Origin: an uncultured Nitrososphaeraceae archaeon
Lineage (GTDB): Archaea; Thermoproteota; Nitrososphaeria; Nitrososphaerales; Nitrososphaeraceae
DNA length: 64,000 bases
Direction of reading: 5' to 3'
Assembly (NCBI GenBank): GCA_963765895.1
Contig: CAVXZB010000084.1
Coordinates: 480,001 to 544,000, forward strand
The translations under genes were made by a program, and so were the position numbers. Position 1 is the first letter of the stretch; each line of letters starts with the position of its first letter. This document shows, one piece after another, positions 1 through 10,882 of the stretch. Under the pieces are notes generated by a model. The model searched no databases. It saw only the letters and a program-made list of their open reading frames with translations, and had not been told where the DNA came from.

Positions 1-940
1 TTGCCTTCAACTCATCTTCTGGTATAGCTTTTCCTGTAATCTTCTTGATCCCTTCATTTAATAATTTTGCAGCTTCTTCTTTATGACTATTAATCCATAA
101 AGTTTCATTTACATTAGCCGCTAATAGTTTCTTTATAACGTCAGGGTTACTTTGGAGATAGTCTGTTCTTGCAACTATATTATTAGTTACAAACTTGCCT
201 TGAGGCCACAAGTCCCTTTCATCTAGTAATATCTTTCCGCCACCTTCCTTTACCAATCTATCTCCCCATGGTTCTGGTACCCAAGCTCCATCGAGCTGTT
301 TCTTCTGGAATAAGATCAGAGTATCTGCATTTGTTACTGGAACAACTGTTACATTCCCACCATTTTCTGTTGTTTTATATCCATGATCTAAAAGATACTT
401 TCTCAATGCCACGTCTTGTGTATTACCGAGCTGAGGTGAGGCAAATTTCTTGCCTGCAAAATCTCTAGGAGAATGGATGCCTGAATCATTTCGAATAACA
501 AATACAGCTCCACCACTTGCCGCTCCAGATATGATTCTTAAATCCTTCCCTCCGGATGCTATATAACCATTGATTGCAGGATTGGAACCAACGTATGTGG
601 CATCTATCCGCTTTGCCAGAAGAGCTTCTATAGCTGATGGGCCAGCATTAAATGTAATTGTTTGAACATCAATGTTATCTCCAAATTGTTTTTCAAAGTC
701 CCCCGTTTGAAATCCTATTATTGCTTGAGCATGATTAACATTCGGAAAATATCCTATCCTTAACACCTTCTTTTGTGTCGATGCTCCTTGTGCATATGCA
801 AAGTTGTGGTATGCAAGCGAAGAGACCAAAGCTGTAGATGAGACTATAAGTAGAAAAATAGATAATGCCATAATGCGTTTAGCTATTCTAGAACTTCTAA
901 AATTTGCTGTTGATCTTGAATTTATTTTAGCTGTTTTCAT
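1..940 (-). CDS. ABC transporter substrate-binding protein, aliphatic sulfonate/nitrate (SsuA/TauA-like); runs off the window edge
   Basis: Manual translation from ATG at 940: signal/anchor segment, then LRIGYFPNVNHAQAIIG..FNAGPSAIEAL..IDATYVGSNPAINGY..ASPQLGNTQDVALR..DGAWVPEPWG. Absent from the ORF track because there is no stop in the window. Confidence 0.9.
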   Translation of the reverse strand, partial: MKTAKINSRSTANFRSSRIAKRIMALSIFLLIVSSTALVSSLAYHNFAYAQGASTQKKVLRIGYFPNVNHAQAIIGFQTGDFEKQFGDNIDVQTITFNAGPSAIEALLAKRIDATYVGSNPAINGYIASGGKDLRIISGAASGGAVFVIRNDSGIHSPRDFAGKKFASPQLGNTQDVALRKYLLDHGYKTTENGGNVTVVPVTNADTLILFQKKQLDGAWVPEPWGDRLVKEGGGKILLDERDLWPQGKFVTNNIVARTDYLQSNPDVIKKLLAANVNETLWINSHKEEAAKLLNEGIKKITGKAIPEDELKA

Positions 941-1322
941 TCATCAAACAACCTGCTGATAGATATATTACTGCTTTTGAATATGTAGAAATTCGAGATT
1001 ATACGCAAAACTTTCACATATCTTGAACAGTAATACAAGGACTGATCGCCAATGGATTATTTGCCAATTCATAGGAATTAGACAAAATAATCTTGAATCT
1101 AAGCGTACTCTTATCGAGCTTTGTCTAGAAGTTATCAGTGTATGATAAAGTGAGAAAGAATTAGCAGAGTTGCCTAATTTATAAAAAGATATCATATTTA
1201 GAAAATATGAACTATTGCAAAATAATTGCTAAGCTTCTTTAAAAACATAATTTATAGATTTATTAATAAAGACCAAATCTACAATAAGAAAATTTGCTAA
1301 TAGATGCAATATATCCAAGTAA

Positions 1323-1577
1323 TTATGAGTTGCTAAATAATAACCAGTATTTTTTGCCACCGAATTTGGCTCGACAAAAGTTTCGAAATAGATTCTTGAG
1401 GCTATGACATGGTTTACATAAAAGTTGGTACTCTCTAGAATAAGGATCTATTTCCTTTGGAATTACATGATCCAAAGTCAGATCTGAATATTCTGTTCCG
1501 AATTCGAGCTTGCATTTTGCGCATTTTCTTCCAACCTTTCTTATCAAAGAATTTCTTCGTCTTAGATTGGTATTCAA
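1323..1577 (-). CDS. Small HNH endonuclease
   Basis: CAKC..LTLDHVIP..YQLLCKPCHSLKN: HNH fold with two CxxC pairs. Confidence 0.75.
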   Translation of the reverse strand: MNTNLRRRNSLIRKVGRKCAKCKLEFGTEYSDLTLDHVIPKEIDPYSREYQLLCKPCHSLKNLFRNFCRAKFGGKKYWLLFSNS

Positions 1578-1789
1578 TGTATTCTAGCCTTAATCGATGT
1601 CCGTTACTTTTAAAATCTTCGCTTTGGCCATATACTGATCTCCATCTCCATATCGATCAAAAAAATACATTTGTTCTACTAGGTCGATTTTGCGGCAGTC
1701 TCGATTACACGAACTTGATTACAATATATAGCGGTGCTGTAGCTAGACAGGTTATTAAACGAATTTACAAATAATCATCCTATAGCTCT

Positions 1790-2150
1790 ATCACAAGTTG
1801 ACAACATAGTTGATCTTGGTTATCTGGTATTGAAAGGACTTTCCCACAGTAAACTTTGTAATCATATCAAGAAGAAAAAGAATACTTTGCTTTCAAATGA
1901 CGATATGAAATATAACAAGAATCACTCAAGACTTAGGATCATAGTGGAACACACCATATGTAAGACCAAAAAGTTTGGAATAATGTGTAGATTCAGAAAT
2001 AATTTAAGAAGGTACAATAACATATCTGATATTGTGTCCGGTTTCCTGAACTTCAGAGTGATGCAGTCTAACAGGATTTTCAATTTAGGAATACAGTCAA
2101 AATAGGCAGCATAAATGGATCATAACGGCTAATTACGCAAGGGATCTTAT
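1790..2150 (+). pseudogene. IS5/ISL2-like (DDE_Tnp_4-type) transposase C-terminal remnant
   Basis: VDLGYL..KKKKN..YNKNHSRLRIIVEHTICKTKKFGIM..FRNNLRRYNNISDIVSG; N-terminal part missing. Confidence 0.75.
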
Positions 2151-2152
2151 AT

Positions 2153-2980
2153 TTATTTGCTAGAATACACCCGTTTAAAAATGTGCCTATAATATAGGAC
2201 TATCTCCTGATAGATCAATTTCTTTAGTGAACGATTATTAGACGGTGAATCGGGAGAAGTACGTTTGAACAATCCTTGGATAGGTACTATGGCAGGATGT
2301 ACTTCATCGAATGTTCTACATAGGCTATTAATTTTGTTCTTTGTTTCAGTATAGTCAGTTAATTTTGATTGCTTATTTTCATCTTTCACATAACCTTGGC
2401 TAATAGTTTGGCAAAGCTGATTGACGTCAGTGATAATTTGAGGCTCTAGAACGTCATTTAAGAAAAACATTACATTTTTAATGTCATTTACTACACGAGA
2501 GATTATTTCGTAGCTTCTATTAATTTGATCTTTTATATTATCACGATTTTTTGTATCGCTGGCATACATAGGTTCTAGCCTATTTACCAACGACATTGAA
2601 AACAGTAACGTAGTAAAGTGATTCTTCAATGACTGAATTGCAAATTCTTTTCTCCTTTTTCTCATGGCATCATGTTCTTCAACTATTATTTTTAATTTTA
2701 GACTCTGTTTGTGAGCTAGATGATGAAAAAATACACCTAAGAAAGCGGCTATTAAACCATCAATAATCAAGTGAGACCAAGCAGATAGATCACATCCATA
2801 TTTAATAGAAAATATTGGACAGTCATTGTTAGCATTAGATGATGTAGCCAAAGCTTGACTAGCAAAATATAACGATTGTACAAGAAACACCATAGCAATA
2901 CTTAATGCAATCACTATTATCCCATTCATTACTTGATTATACGATCGTGTTGAATTGGTAGTAAAGGTCAATAAAATCAC
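2153..2980 (-). CDS. Hypothetical membrane protein, downstream of the two-component genes
   Basis: 275-aa ORF with two hydrophobic segments and a helical C-terminus. Confidence 0.7.
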   Translation of the reverse strand: MILLTFTTNSTRSYNQVMNGIIVIALSIAMVFLVQSLYFASQALATSSNANNDCPIFSIKYGCDLSAWSHLIIDGLIAAFLGVFFHHLAHKQSLKLKIIVEEHDAMRKRRKEFAIQSLKNHFTTLLFSMSLVNRLEPMYASDTKNRDNIKDQINRSYEIISRVVNDIKNVMFFLNDVLEPQIITDVNQLCQTISQGYVKDENKQSKLTDYTETKNKINSLCRTFDEVHPAIVPIQGLFKRTSPDSPSNNRSLKKLIYQEIVLYYRHIFKRVYSSK

Positions 2981-3003
2981 ATTACAAAACTTTCGATATC
3001 ATA

Positions 3004-3366
3004 TTAAACTTGCACCTGCTCTAGTTTCTCTAAAAGAAAATCCAGATCCACAGGTTTTCTTATACAAGAATGAACTCCTTTTTTAACAAGTTCTTCTATT
3101 TCTGAATCTATTACTGATGAAGCAGTAAATACTATAATTTTTTGTTTAGTTAAAAGTCCCTCCTTCAGAAGCGAATTAATTACATCAAATCCACTGAATT
3201 CAGGCATAGCTAAATCTAGCAGTACGATATCGAATTTTTTTTCGCGAATGAATTTTAGCCCTTCAGTTCCATTCTTTACATAGATAAATTCATGGCCACT
3301 TCCATTTAAGACTGTGTCAAGCAGTTCATTTATGTCTGTGTTATCGTCTATTCCCAGTATTTTCAT
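3004..3366 (-). CDS. Single-domain response regulator (receiver)
   Basis: ILGIDD..FDIVLLDLAMPEFSG..IIVFTA..IRKP; start overlaps the kinase stop. Confidence 0.95.
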   Translation of the reverse strand: MKILGIDDNTDINELLDTVLNGSGHEFIYVKNGTEGLKFIREKKFDIVLLDLAMPEFSGFDVINSLLKEGLLTKQKIIVFTASSVIDSEIEELVKKGVHSCIRKPVDLDFLLEKLEQVQV

Positions 3367-5324
3367 TTAGCTTCTTCTCTGACATCCATTACTTTTTCGC
3401 TCATTACTTTTTCGCTCATTGTTGTATTAGTTCTGTCATTTGGAATGGTGAAATAAAAGCTTGCTCCCTTTCCTAATTCGCTTTCAATCCATATCTTACC
3501 TCCTAATGATTCAATGATCCCTTTTGAGATTGCTAAGCCCAGGCCTGATCCTCCATGTTTCCTAGTCACTGAAGTGTCGATCTGGTAAAATTTATGGAAA
3601 AGATTCTTTTGTTTTTCAGGTGATATTCCTGTTCCGTTATCCTTTACATAGAAGAGTACGTCATCATCTTTACTTTGAGCACCATATTCGATTTCACCAC
3701 CTTCAGAAGGAACAAAATCGACTGCGTTAAGAATAAGGTTATTTAAAACTTGCTCTATTCTATTTCTATCTGATCTGATAGTAAGTTGCTCTTTTGTAGA
3801 GTTTATTTGTCTAATATTCTTTTGAGCCATTACATTTTGAAGGTTATTATACATATAGTTTAATAGATCATCGACATTTATAGGTTGACTATCAAACTTC
3901 ATTCTATTAAGATCAAGTTTTTGCACATCTAATATATCTCCAACTAACTGAAGTAGTCTTTTTGCATTCCTTTGAATTACATCTACTGCATTAAGTTGTT
4001 TGCTATTTAACTGTCCTATCAATTTTGGATTCTTTAGAGTCTGACACCATCCAATAATAGGAGTAAGGGGAGATTTTAATTCATGTGTAACCATCGAAGC
4101 AAATTCGTCTTTTTGTTTTTCAGTAGCATTTACTCTTTCTATCATTTCGTTAAATGCATCTATAACTTGGTTGATTTCCTTGTCCTTGCCTGTAGGATTT
4201 ATTCTTTGTAAGTCACTTACATCTTGGTTTCTACATTTCCTTGCAAAGTCTATGATGGGGCGAGTAATTCTATTTGATAGTATATATACTGCTATTAATC
4301 CACCAGCAATTACACCAAGAGATATTACCAATAGGATGACGGCAAGATTATGCAAGTTATAGTTATCAGACATCATTAATGAATATGGTTTTTCGTAAGC
4401 TAAAATCCAACCGAACATAGGTAATCGTTTGTAGACAATATAATGCAATTCTCCATTTGCAGAATACGTTACATGACCGGTATTTGTACTATTATCACTA
4501 GCTAAAATATTTCGGATGTCTTTATTAAATTCAGAAGATGCTGAAATAGTACTTATCGAAGGAAAAAAGTCTTTTGGAGACTGGCGAAAAGGTGCTGAAT
4601 TTAGACTTTGGTTGTAAACATGACCTGAGTCAGCTACCAAGTATCCTCTAGGATCAACCACATAAGCCCTACCTTGATCGACTCTGGTCATATCCTGAAA
4701 AGATTTTAGAGGCATTTCAAAATGATAAAACGCAGGTTTTGAACCGTCGTTAAGCACTATTGGAGTAGTATATGCAAAAACCCATCTTTTAGTATCAGGT
4801 GAGACATAAGGATACTGCGAATATACCTCATTAATATTTTTCTGAAACGACGGTTTAAAGAATGGCGTAGCTGCTTCTTTAGATGAGAGACTACTAAAGG
4901 GTGCGATTGTCTTCATAACCAATCTAGTGTGTTCTTGCCCTGTCCTATCTACTAAACATGTCTCGTCTACAGAGAACTTGTTCTGAAAGTCATAAATCCA
5001 CTGGTCAAGTTCGTTCTTGACGATTCTCTGTTGTGCTGTAAACTGTAGTACACCATCTTTGTATATATTTCCTGCCCGAGTATCAGGTAATTCAAAATAT
5101 TTTACAAATACCGGATTTTTGACCGCAAATAGCAAATCCTCTGAAGCTCTGGAATTAAGATTATCAATTAAATTCGCTTTGATTTCTACTTCATGACCCA
5201 TTTGTCGAAGTTGAGATTCTATTATTGCTGATTCAAGAGATTTGAAAGATATATATGAAGTAGATACAACTGCAGCGATAATAACTATTGAAAACATTAT
5301 AATTAGCTTTAATTTTATACGCAT
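3363..5324 (-). CDS. Sensor histidine kinase (TM, dCache-like, TM, HAMP, HisKA, HATPase)
   Basis: H-box FASMVTHELKSPL, N-box QVLNNLILNA, G1 VKDNGTGI, G2 GGSGLGLAI; two TM segments. Confidence 0.95.
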   Translation of the reverse strand: MRIKLKLIIMFSIVIIAAVVSTSYISFKSLESAIIESQLRQMGHEVEIKANLIDNLNSRASEDLLFAVKNPVFVKYFELPDTRAGNIYKDGVLQFTAQQRIVKNELDQWIYDFQNKFSVDETCLVDRTGQEHTRLVMKTIAPFSSLSSKEAATPFFKPSFQKNINEVYSQYPYVSPDTKRWVFAYTTPIVLNDGSKPAFYHFEMPLKSFQDMTRVDQGRAYVVDPRGYLVADSGHVYNQSLNSAPFRQSPKDFFPSISTISASSEFNKDIRNILASDNSTNTGHVTYSANGELHYIVYKRLPMFGWILAYEKPYSLMMSDNYNLHNLAVILLVISLGVIAGGLIAVYILSNRITRPIIDFARKCRNQDVSDLQRINPTGKDKEINQVIDAFNEMIERVNATEKQKDEFASMVTHELKSPLTPIIGWCQTLKNPKLIGQLNSKQLNAVDVIQRNAKRLLQLVGDILDVQKLDLNRMKFDSQPINVDDLLNYMYNNLQNVMAQKNIRQINSTKEQLTIRSDRNRIEQVLNNLILNAVDFVPSEGGEIEYGAQSKDDDVLFYVKDNGTGISPEKQKNLFHKFYQIDTSVTRKHGGSGLGLAISKGIIESLGGKIWIESELGKGASFYFTIPNDRTNTTMSEKVMSEKVMDVREEAK

Positions 5325-5934
5325 AATTGTAAGTCTTGTAGAAGATTCTTAAACCTTTCTCTTAAATTTAGATTTTAAGGATTGTTGAATACTGATGAGT
5401 CTAATTATAGTCATTTTCTAGTATTAAGTAACAAGAAAGGCATATAATTAAACACCACAGGATTTTAACATAGTTTATGAACGGTATGGCGTATTACCAC
5501 TAGTTGCTATCAGACAGAATATCAATTGGCGTTTCACCTCATTTCAAAATTCATGAGCACAGTTTATCGGAAGACCAGAGGAAGCTCAGGCATAAACGAA
5601 TGAGCTCAGACAGCTGTTATCGCGATAAGAGGAACAAAAGTCAGCTTTTGTAGCTAGCATTGCAACTATTGTAGAGGCTACCAAAACATTATCATTTGGA
5701 TAAAGATTGTGAAACTTCTACTCCTTAATTGGCAACTCTAAATTTTGCAGACCATGGCTAAGCCAATACTTTTACCCACATAAGTTGGTATTCTCAAAGA
5801 ACTAGTAAATAGATTATAGAGAATTGGACGAGTTTCGAATGCAGAACAAATTATTATAAATTTCTTTCAAATCATATTTCATTTATCCTACAAGAAAATC
5901 CATATGCTATGAAAATGCCTGGAAGTCAAAATGC

Positions 5935-6423
5935 TTATTTGAATTTTTCTATAATCGATCTGTGTTGAGGATAGGTATGCACGAGATTGGTTATATTTGC
6001 CAACTCCCAATCGTGATAATTAAATCCTGGAGATACTGTACATCCAATTAGAGAATAAGAAGAAGGATCATTTACAAATGCCGCAAACCAACAGCCGGAT
6101 TCTATAACCTTTTGAAATACCTCATTATTGTCAATATTTTGTCCCAGTCTAATTTCGTCTAGGGAGCCATTCCTATGAATAATGTATAATGTTAGACTGC
6201 TGCCAGCATAGAAATGCCATATTTCATCTGATTTCATTCTATGGAATGAGGAAAATTGATTTCCCAATAGTAAATAATAGATTGCCGTGCAAATGTAACG
6301 ATCTCCATCATAATCGTCAAAATTTACTATCCTTCGGGATTTGTACGTTTCAATAAAGTATCCCCCTTCAGGATGTTCTTGAAGTCTAAGTTTATCAATC
6401 CAGTAATTGGCATCTTTATTCAT
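5935..6423 (-). CDS. Cupin superfamily protein (DUF985/Cupin_5)
   Basis: LQEHPEGGYFIETY..TAIYYLL..SSFHRMKSDEIWHFYAG..GCTVSPGF. Confidence 0.92.
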   Translation of the reverse strand: MNKDANYWIDKLRLQEHPEGGYFIETYKSRRIVNFDDYDGDRYICTAIYYLLLGNQFSSFHRMKSDEIWHFYAGSSLTLYIIHRNGSLDEIRLGQNIDNNEVFQKVIESGCWFAAFVNDPSSYSLIGCTVSPGFNYHDWELANITNLVHTYPQHRSIIEKFK

Positions 6424-6875
6424 AATTCTGCATAAAACCCTAAATGTTATATTGATTTTAGGCTAACAAATGAATCTAAAGGTCCTGAATATCTTATGAA
6501 AGATGGATTTAATACTCGTGCCTCTATGCTCAGTTGTACGTGGTTTATGGTCAGAAGGGAATTGTCATACTTGGAAATTGAAGGTGAACTCGTCGAGTCC
6601 TGTTAGCTTGAGATTAATATACATCGATTGTTTTATAAATCCCTATCTCTTTTTGATTACGAAAACATAGCGTACAAATTTCTCAGATTCTTTCTTTTGA
6701 ATTTCCCCAAACTGATGTCAAAATACTTAAATGACGAGTGATATCATTGGCGATTATTTTGCGATTAGATTTATAAAATGATCACTATTCTGAAATTGTT
6801 CTGCCTGCCAGTCTCATTTCGTTCCAAATCAATTAACAACATCTAAACTAGTCCATATCTAGACTTGAGTTGATC

Positions 6876-7291
6876 TTACTGTGCCTTACTCATTCTCCGA
6901 TTACCTGCTGAAACAAGGTACGAGTCTACATTAGCTCGAACCTCTTTGACAATACCATTGGCGAATCTGAGTATCCAGCAGTAAGTATTCGGCCATGGTT
7001 TCCCCCTTGAGTGTAGTGGAAGTCGAAGTCATTTCTACTACAGCAATATCCTCTGAAACAAAGATTTGAGTAACTTGAAGTATACTCCTCCTTTTAGAAC
7101 TCTAGTCAAGCGTTAAAAAGTATCTTCAAGAAGTTGGCCTTGCTATTATAAACTCCAGCCAGTGGATGTGTTTCCCATGACCGTCCAATTTACGTCATCA
7201 GCTACGCTAATAAAAAAGGCAACTATGTTACTACGTTACTATCTGAAAAACTTATAAAAAGATTTTCTACAAATTCAACTGTTATTGGCAT
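6876..7291 (-). pseudogene. SnoaL/ketosteroid isomerase-like (NTF2 fold) pseudogene
   Basis: Fragments VADDVNWTVMG..HPLAGVYNSK..DIAVVEMTSTSTTLKGKPWPNTYCWILRFANGIVKEVRA, separated by frameshifts. Confidence 0.75.
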
Positions 7292-7920
7292 AGTCTTGCT
7301 ACCCTATATCTATGCCCACGTATATTAATAGTGTATATTAGTAGTCCGATTATATATAAGATTCGGCTGAAATGAACTTAAATTCATTTTTAAGTTACTT
7401 GATTCTAAGAAAGGTATCATATTATCTTGGCATATCGATCCTAATTGGAAAGCTATAGCTCTCCGCAATGGCGCGAATAAGTACGAATGCACTAGTAACT
7501 CCAATTACAAGTTCGCATAAATCTTATTTGTCTGGCTGATTAAGGTCTTCATAATCCAAATCCTTTCAGATCGGATAGATAGTCCATTGAGATAACTAAC
7601 TAACACCAGATTTTTGCAATATTAAGTATTGACATGGAAAGCGTTGAGTACTATATACAGGCATAAACTTTCATTCTCTACCAGTCTGGATATTTTTCTT
7701 TTCTCGTATATCATCGTTAACTAGTTATTTAACAAAGGATCATGCATTCAGATGATTATCTCAAATAATTTCGTAATAATAGTTGGTGATATTTTCTCAG
7801 TTGATGAAATGAATCGTAATAGGATCTGTTAGCTCAAGATATAGATTTAAAATTAATGAATCGTTAACATATATCGACAGGAGATTGACGAAAAAGTTGT
7901 TATTTTGTTCTTTATGCTAA

Positions 7921-8421
7921 TTACTGGGTAGAAATATTATTCTCTAAAGCTGCTATTGTAGCTATTTTTCGGTGTTCAAAAATGTTTTGTAGATGCTTGT
8001 TTGCATAGCCTTCGAAAAGCCTTCCAAATATCCAATATGGCAATTCAAACTCAATTTTATCTAATATCGTAGTTTGCTTTCCATCATGATCATAAAAGAT
8101 ATGCCTATGTTTCCACCTTTTGAATGGACCTTCCAGCATCTCATCTATATATTCATAAGGTTTGAATAAGGTAATTTTCGAATGCCATCTTGACCTTTTT
8201 TTAGTAATTATTTTTCCACTGAGCCATATCTCTTGTCCTTCAACGATATTTTGGCTAGTTGTATTAATTATTTGGATATCTACTTCTAGAGGAGTTATTA
8301 GCTTTAAGTGTTTGACTTCAGTGTAAAAACTCCAGACTTTGTCTATATGGCAATTTACAACAAATGTATGAGTAAATACCCGCATAAGTAAGAAGATTAA
8401 GTGTATAATAATTAATAGCAA
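7921..8421 (-). CDS. SRPBCC (cyclase/dehydrase-like) family protein; true start probably MRVFTH
   Basis: VWSFY..LKLITP..RWHSKIT..YIDEMLEGPFKRWKHRHIF..DKIEFELP. Confidence 0.88.
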   Translation of the reverse strand: MLLIIIHLIFLLMRVFTHTFVVNCHIDKVWSFYTEVKHLKLITPLEVDIQIINTTSQNIVEGQEIWLSGKIITKKRSRWHSKITLFKPYEYIDEMLEGPFKRWKHRHIFYDHDGKQTTILDKIEFELPYWIFGRLFEGYANKHLQNIFEHRKIATIAALENNISTQ

Positions 8422-8989
8422 TATCGTTTTTGGATTTCTTCAAACCATATTTCAGATGGACTAGGCGAATATAAACATTCAAATGATGACTTCATATTTA
8501 AATATCTCCCCTACTTTACCACACTGCACGCTAGACTAGGAAGTTTGGCACATATGTCTACAAGTCATATACAAGGGATAAAAAATGCTGGAATTTATTC
8601 TGTATACTTTGTTGCAATAGGAGAGAAATGGTACAAGGGAAATTCTATTAGCCATGCAACCTATGCTCGTACGATTCATGATGAAGTTCTAGTAAAGCAA
8701 AATGATGGTGGAATTATTATCACCTGAAGTTTGTAATACTGCAGGAAAAATATCCCCTTGCATCCTCTGGTACCAGTTGACTGGCAAAATCGAAATACAA
8801 CCCCCTACGGCCTCCTGATTAAGAAGAACTAAAGATTAATCTTAAGACTTTATTAGATTGATTTCCCCCGATTAATTTACTGAAGTCAGATGTTTGGTTA
8901 TCCTGTATTGCTCGTCAGTAACCTTTTCCATCCAGCCTGACATATTGTCGTCAACCTATTCCTGAATAGCCATAGTTTGTCATGCCCAG

Positions 8990-9265
8990 TTAATGTGATT
9001 TGAGCGAAGCCATATCAATAGAAAAGCGATACTTTACATCCGCATGAGAAAGTCTCTCATAAGCCTCGTTGACCAGGCTTACAAGAGTCATTGCCTGCAT
9101 ACTAGGCGCTAGTCCACGGAACGAAGTTTTCATTGCTAAATAATTGTGCATCGTTAGCGCGGTATCACGAACTTCCTTTAAAAGTTTAAAATGCTTGATT
9201 ACTACGTCAATGTATTCTTGGACAGTGTCCTTTTTCCCGTAAAGCCTCATAAGACCAGTTCTCAT
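8990..9265 (-). pseudogene. Chimeric remnant: unknown (possibly TFB-cyclin-like) N-part fused to the C-terminal tail of an NADPH-dependent alcohol dehydrogenase
   Basis: C-terminal VNEAYERLSHADVKYRFSIDMASLK matches the conserved end of CAD/YahK-type ADHs; the rest does not. Confidence 0.55.
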
Positions 9266-9934
9266 TTACATCCTAAGATAGAATTATCGCATGGATACAT
9301 AATTAGATTGCGTAGGTTATAAGGCAAAAAAGTTCTTTCATTTTTTTAGTCAAATATGCTGAACTTTTGCGAGTCAACCTGCTTCCGCTTCTTTTGAATT
9401 TCTTTGTATATCATTTTCTTAATAATGCTGAACGTCAGTTCTTTTTTCATTTGCAACTAATATATTCTATCGGTATTGGTTTCTAAGAGTAAGAAAGTAT
9501 AGGTAGAGGTACTCCATGCTTACCACTATTTGGTATTAAGTTATGGTTGTTAGTTATCCTAATGGAGTCAAACACGCCTCATTAGTGAGGAGTTATTCGA
9601 AGCACAAATATTCTGGTCCACCTTTTACCACTCCGATGTCATCAACACAATCAAGAATGATGACACGTAACTTAGAAAGGAATCTATTAAGGGTTACATC
9701 TATTGTGTTCTATAATTCATTTTCCTGCTGAACTTTCTCAGTATAGACGAGGCCTTTAAGATGGAGCCAGCAGGCCACTAAAATCTAAATTACCTTGAGT
9801 ACAATATCTGTGTAAAAATAACAGGGAAAATGCAAGTCATGCTCGAATATCCCATTGAACTTCAGCCGCTTGTCACCCTACGTCCTAAACATGGAATAAA
9901 AATGAAATTAAAAGATAGAAATAATGCCTGACAT

Positions 9935-10882
9935 GGCTGTGTAGAAACCATCTCATACAGTCAAAGCTTTGTAAGAGTATAATACCAATAGTCTATTGAA
10001 AGAATCAATGTACGTCAGACTTGCAGGTACTATGTTCCGTGTTTTGAAGCATGCAAGGATTCCTCTATTTTCTAACAGGAAAAGTAATCACATATTTACA
10101 ATATGGCAGCACATAGTTCTAGTTGCTATACGACAGTATGAAGGTAAGAGTTATAGAATGTTTGTCGAGTGGTTAATTGAAGCCTATTACCTAAGGTCAT
10201 TTCTACGGTTGTCACGTATTCCTCATTTTACAACATTGCAAAAGTTTACAGATAGAATTAATAATTCATTGCTTGAAAAGATAATTTCGTCATTCATTGT
10301 AATTAGTGGTACCAAGCATATCTTTGCAGGAATAGATTCAACAGGATTTAAGATAACTCATGCATCACAATATTATACTGATCGAACAGAATTGAGAAGA
10401 AAATATGCGAAATTATCTATTGGAGTAGATGTATTACAACAAATCATATGTACAATTAAGATAAGACGAGCTCCAACAAGGCATGATAATGTAGATTTCA
10501 GGCCAATTATAACAAGGACATCAAATATTCTTCCATTATCTGTAGTTACAGCTGATAAGGGTTACGATAGTGAAGATAATCACCTTCTCGTAAGAGAGGA
10601 CTTACATGCATTCAGTATTATTCCTGCTCGATATGAACATGTACCGATGTGGAGAACACATGGTAAGTACAGAAAGCAGATGAAGCGTGGTTACTCCAAA
10701 TTGCTGTACAATCAACGAAACAAAGATGAAACCATAATATCAGTCATAAAACGACTATTTGGAGAGAATCTTATGTCTAGATTGACTAGAATGCAGAACA
10801 GAGAGTTATCATTTAGATGTATCACCTACAATATGCATAGACTGACTAATCTTGTAATATTGATGATGTTTTCTACATAGCC
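9935..10882 (+). mobile_element. Complete IS5-family insertion sequence (IS903-like ends), 948 bp
   Basis: IRL GGCTGTGTAGAAACCATC (9935-9952) and IRR reverse complement GGCTATGTAGAAAACATC (10865-10882), 16/18 identical; 9-bp target duplication GCCTGACAT at 9926-9934 and 10883-10891. Confidence 0.95.
9996..10880 (+). CDS. IS5-family DDE transposase
   Basis: IPHFTTLQKF, GIDSTGF, TADKGYDSE, YNQRNKDETIISVIKR; stop lies inside the right IR. Confidence 0.95.
   Translation: MKESMYVRLAGTMFRVLKHARIPLFSNRKSNHIFTIWQHIVLVAIRQYEGKSYRMFVEWLIEAYYLRSFLRLSRIPHFTTLQKFTDRINNSLLEKIISSFIVISGTKHIFAGIDSTGFKITHASQYYTDRTELRRKYAKLSIGVDVLQQIICTIKIRRAPTRHDNVDFRPIITRTSNILPLSVVTADKGYDSEDNHLLVREDLHAFSIIPARYEHVPMWRTHGKYRKQMKRGYSKLLYNQRNKDETIISVIKRLFGENLMSRLTRMQNRELSFRCITYNMHRLTNLVILMMFST

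Noticed and set aside
3387-3420. 15-bp duplication (MSEKV twice) at the kinase C-terminus
   Set aside because: Real but trivial in-frame slippage in a disordered tail
9540-9800. Possible degenerate AAA ATPase (RVIILDCVDD) on the - strand
   Set aside because: Too many stops and no convincing Walker A
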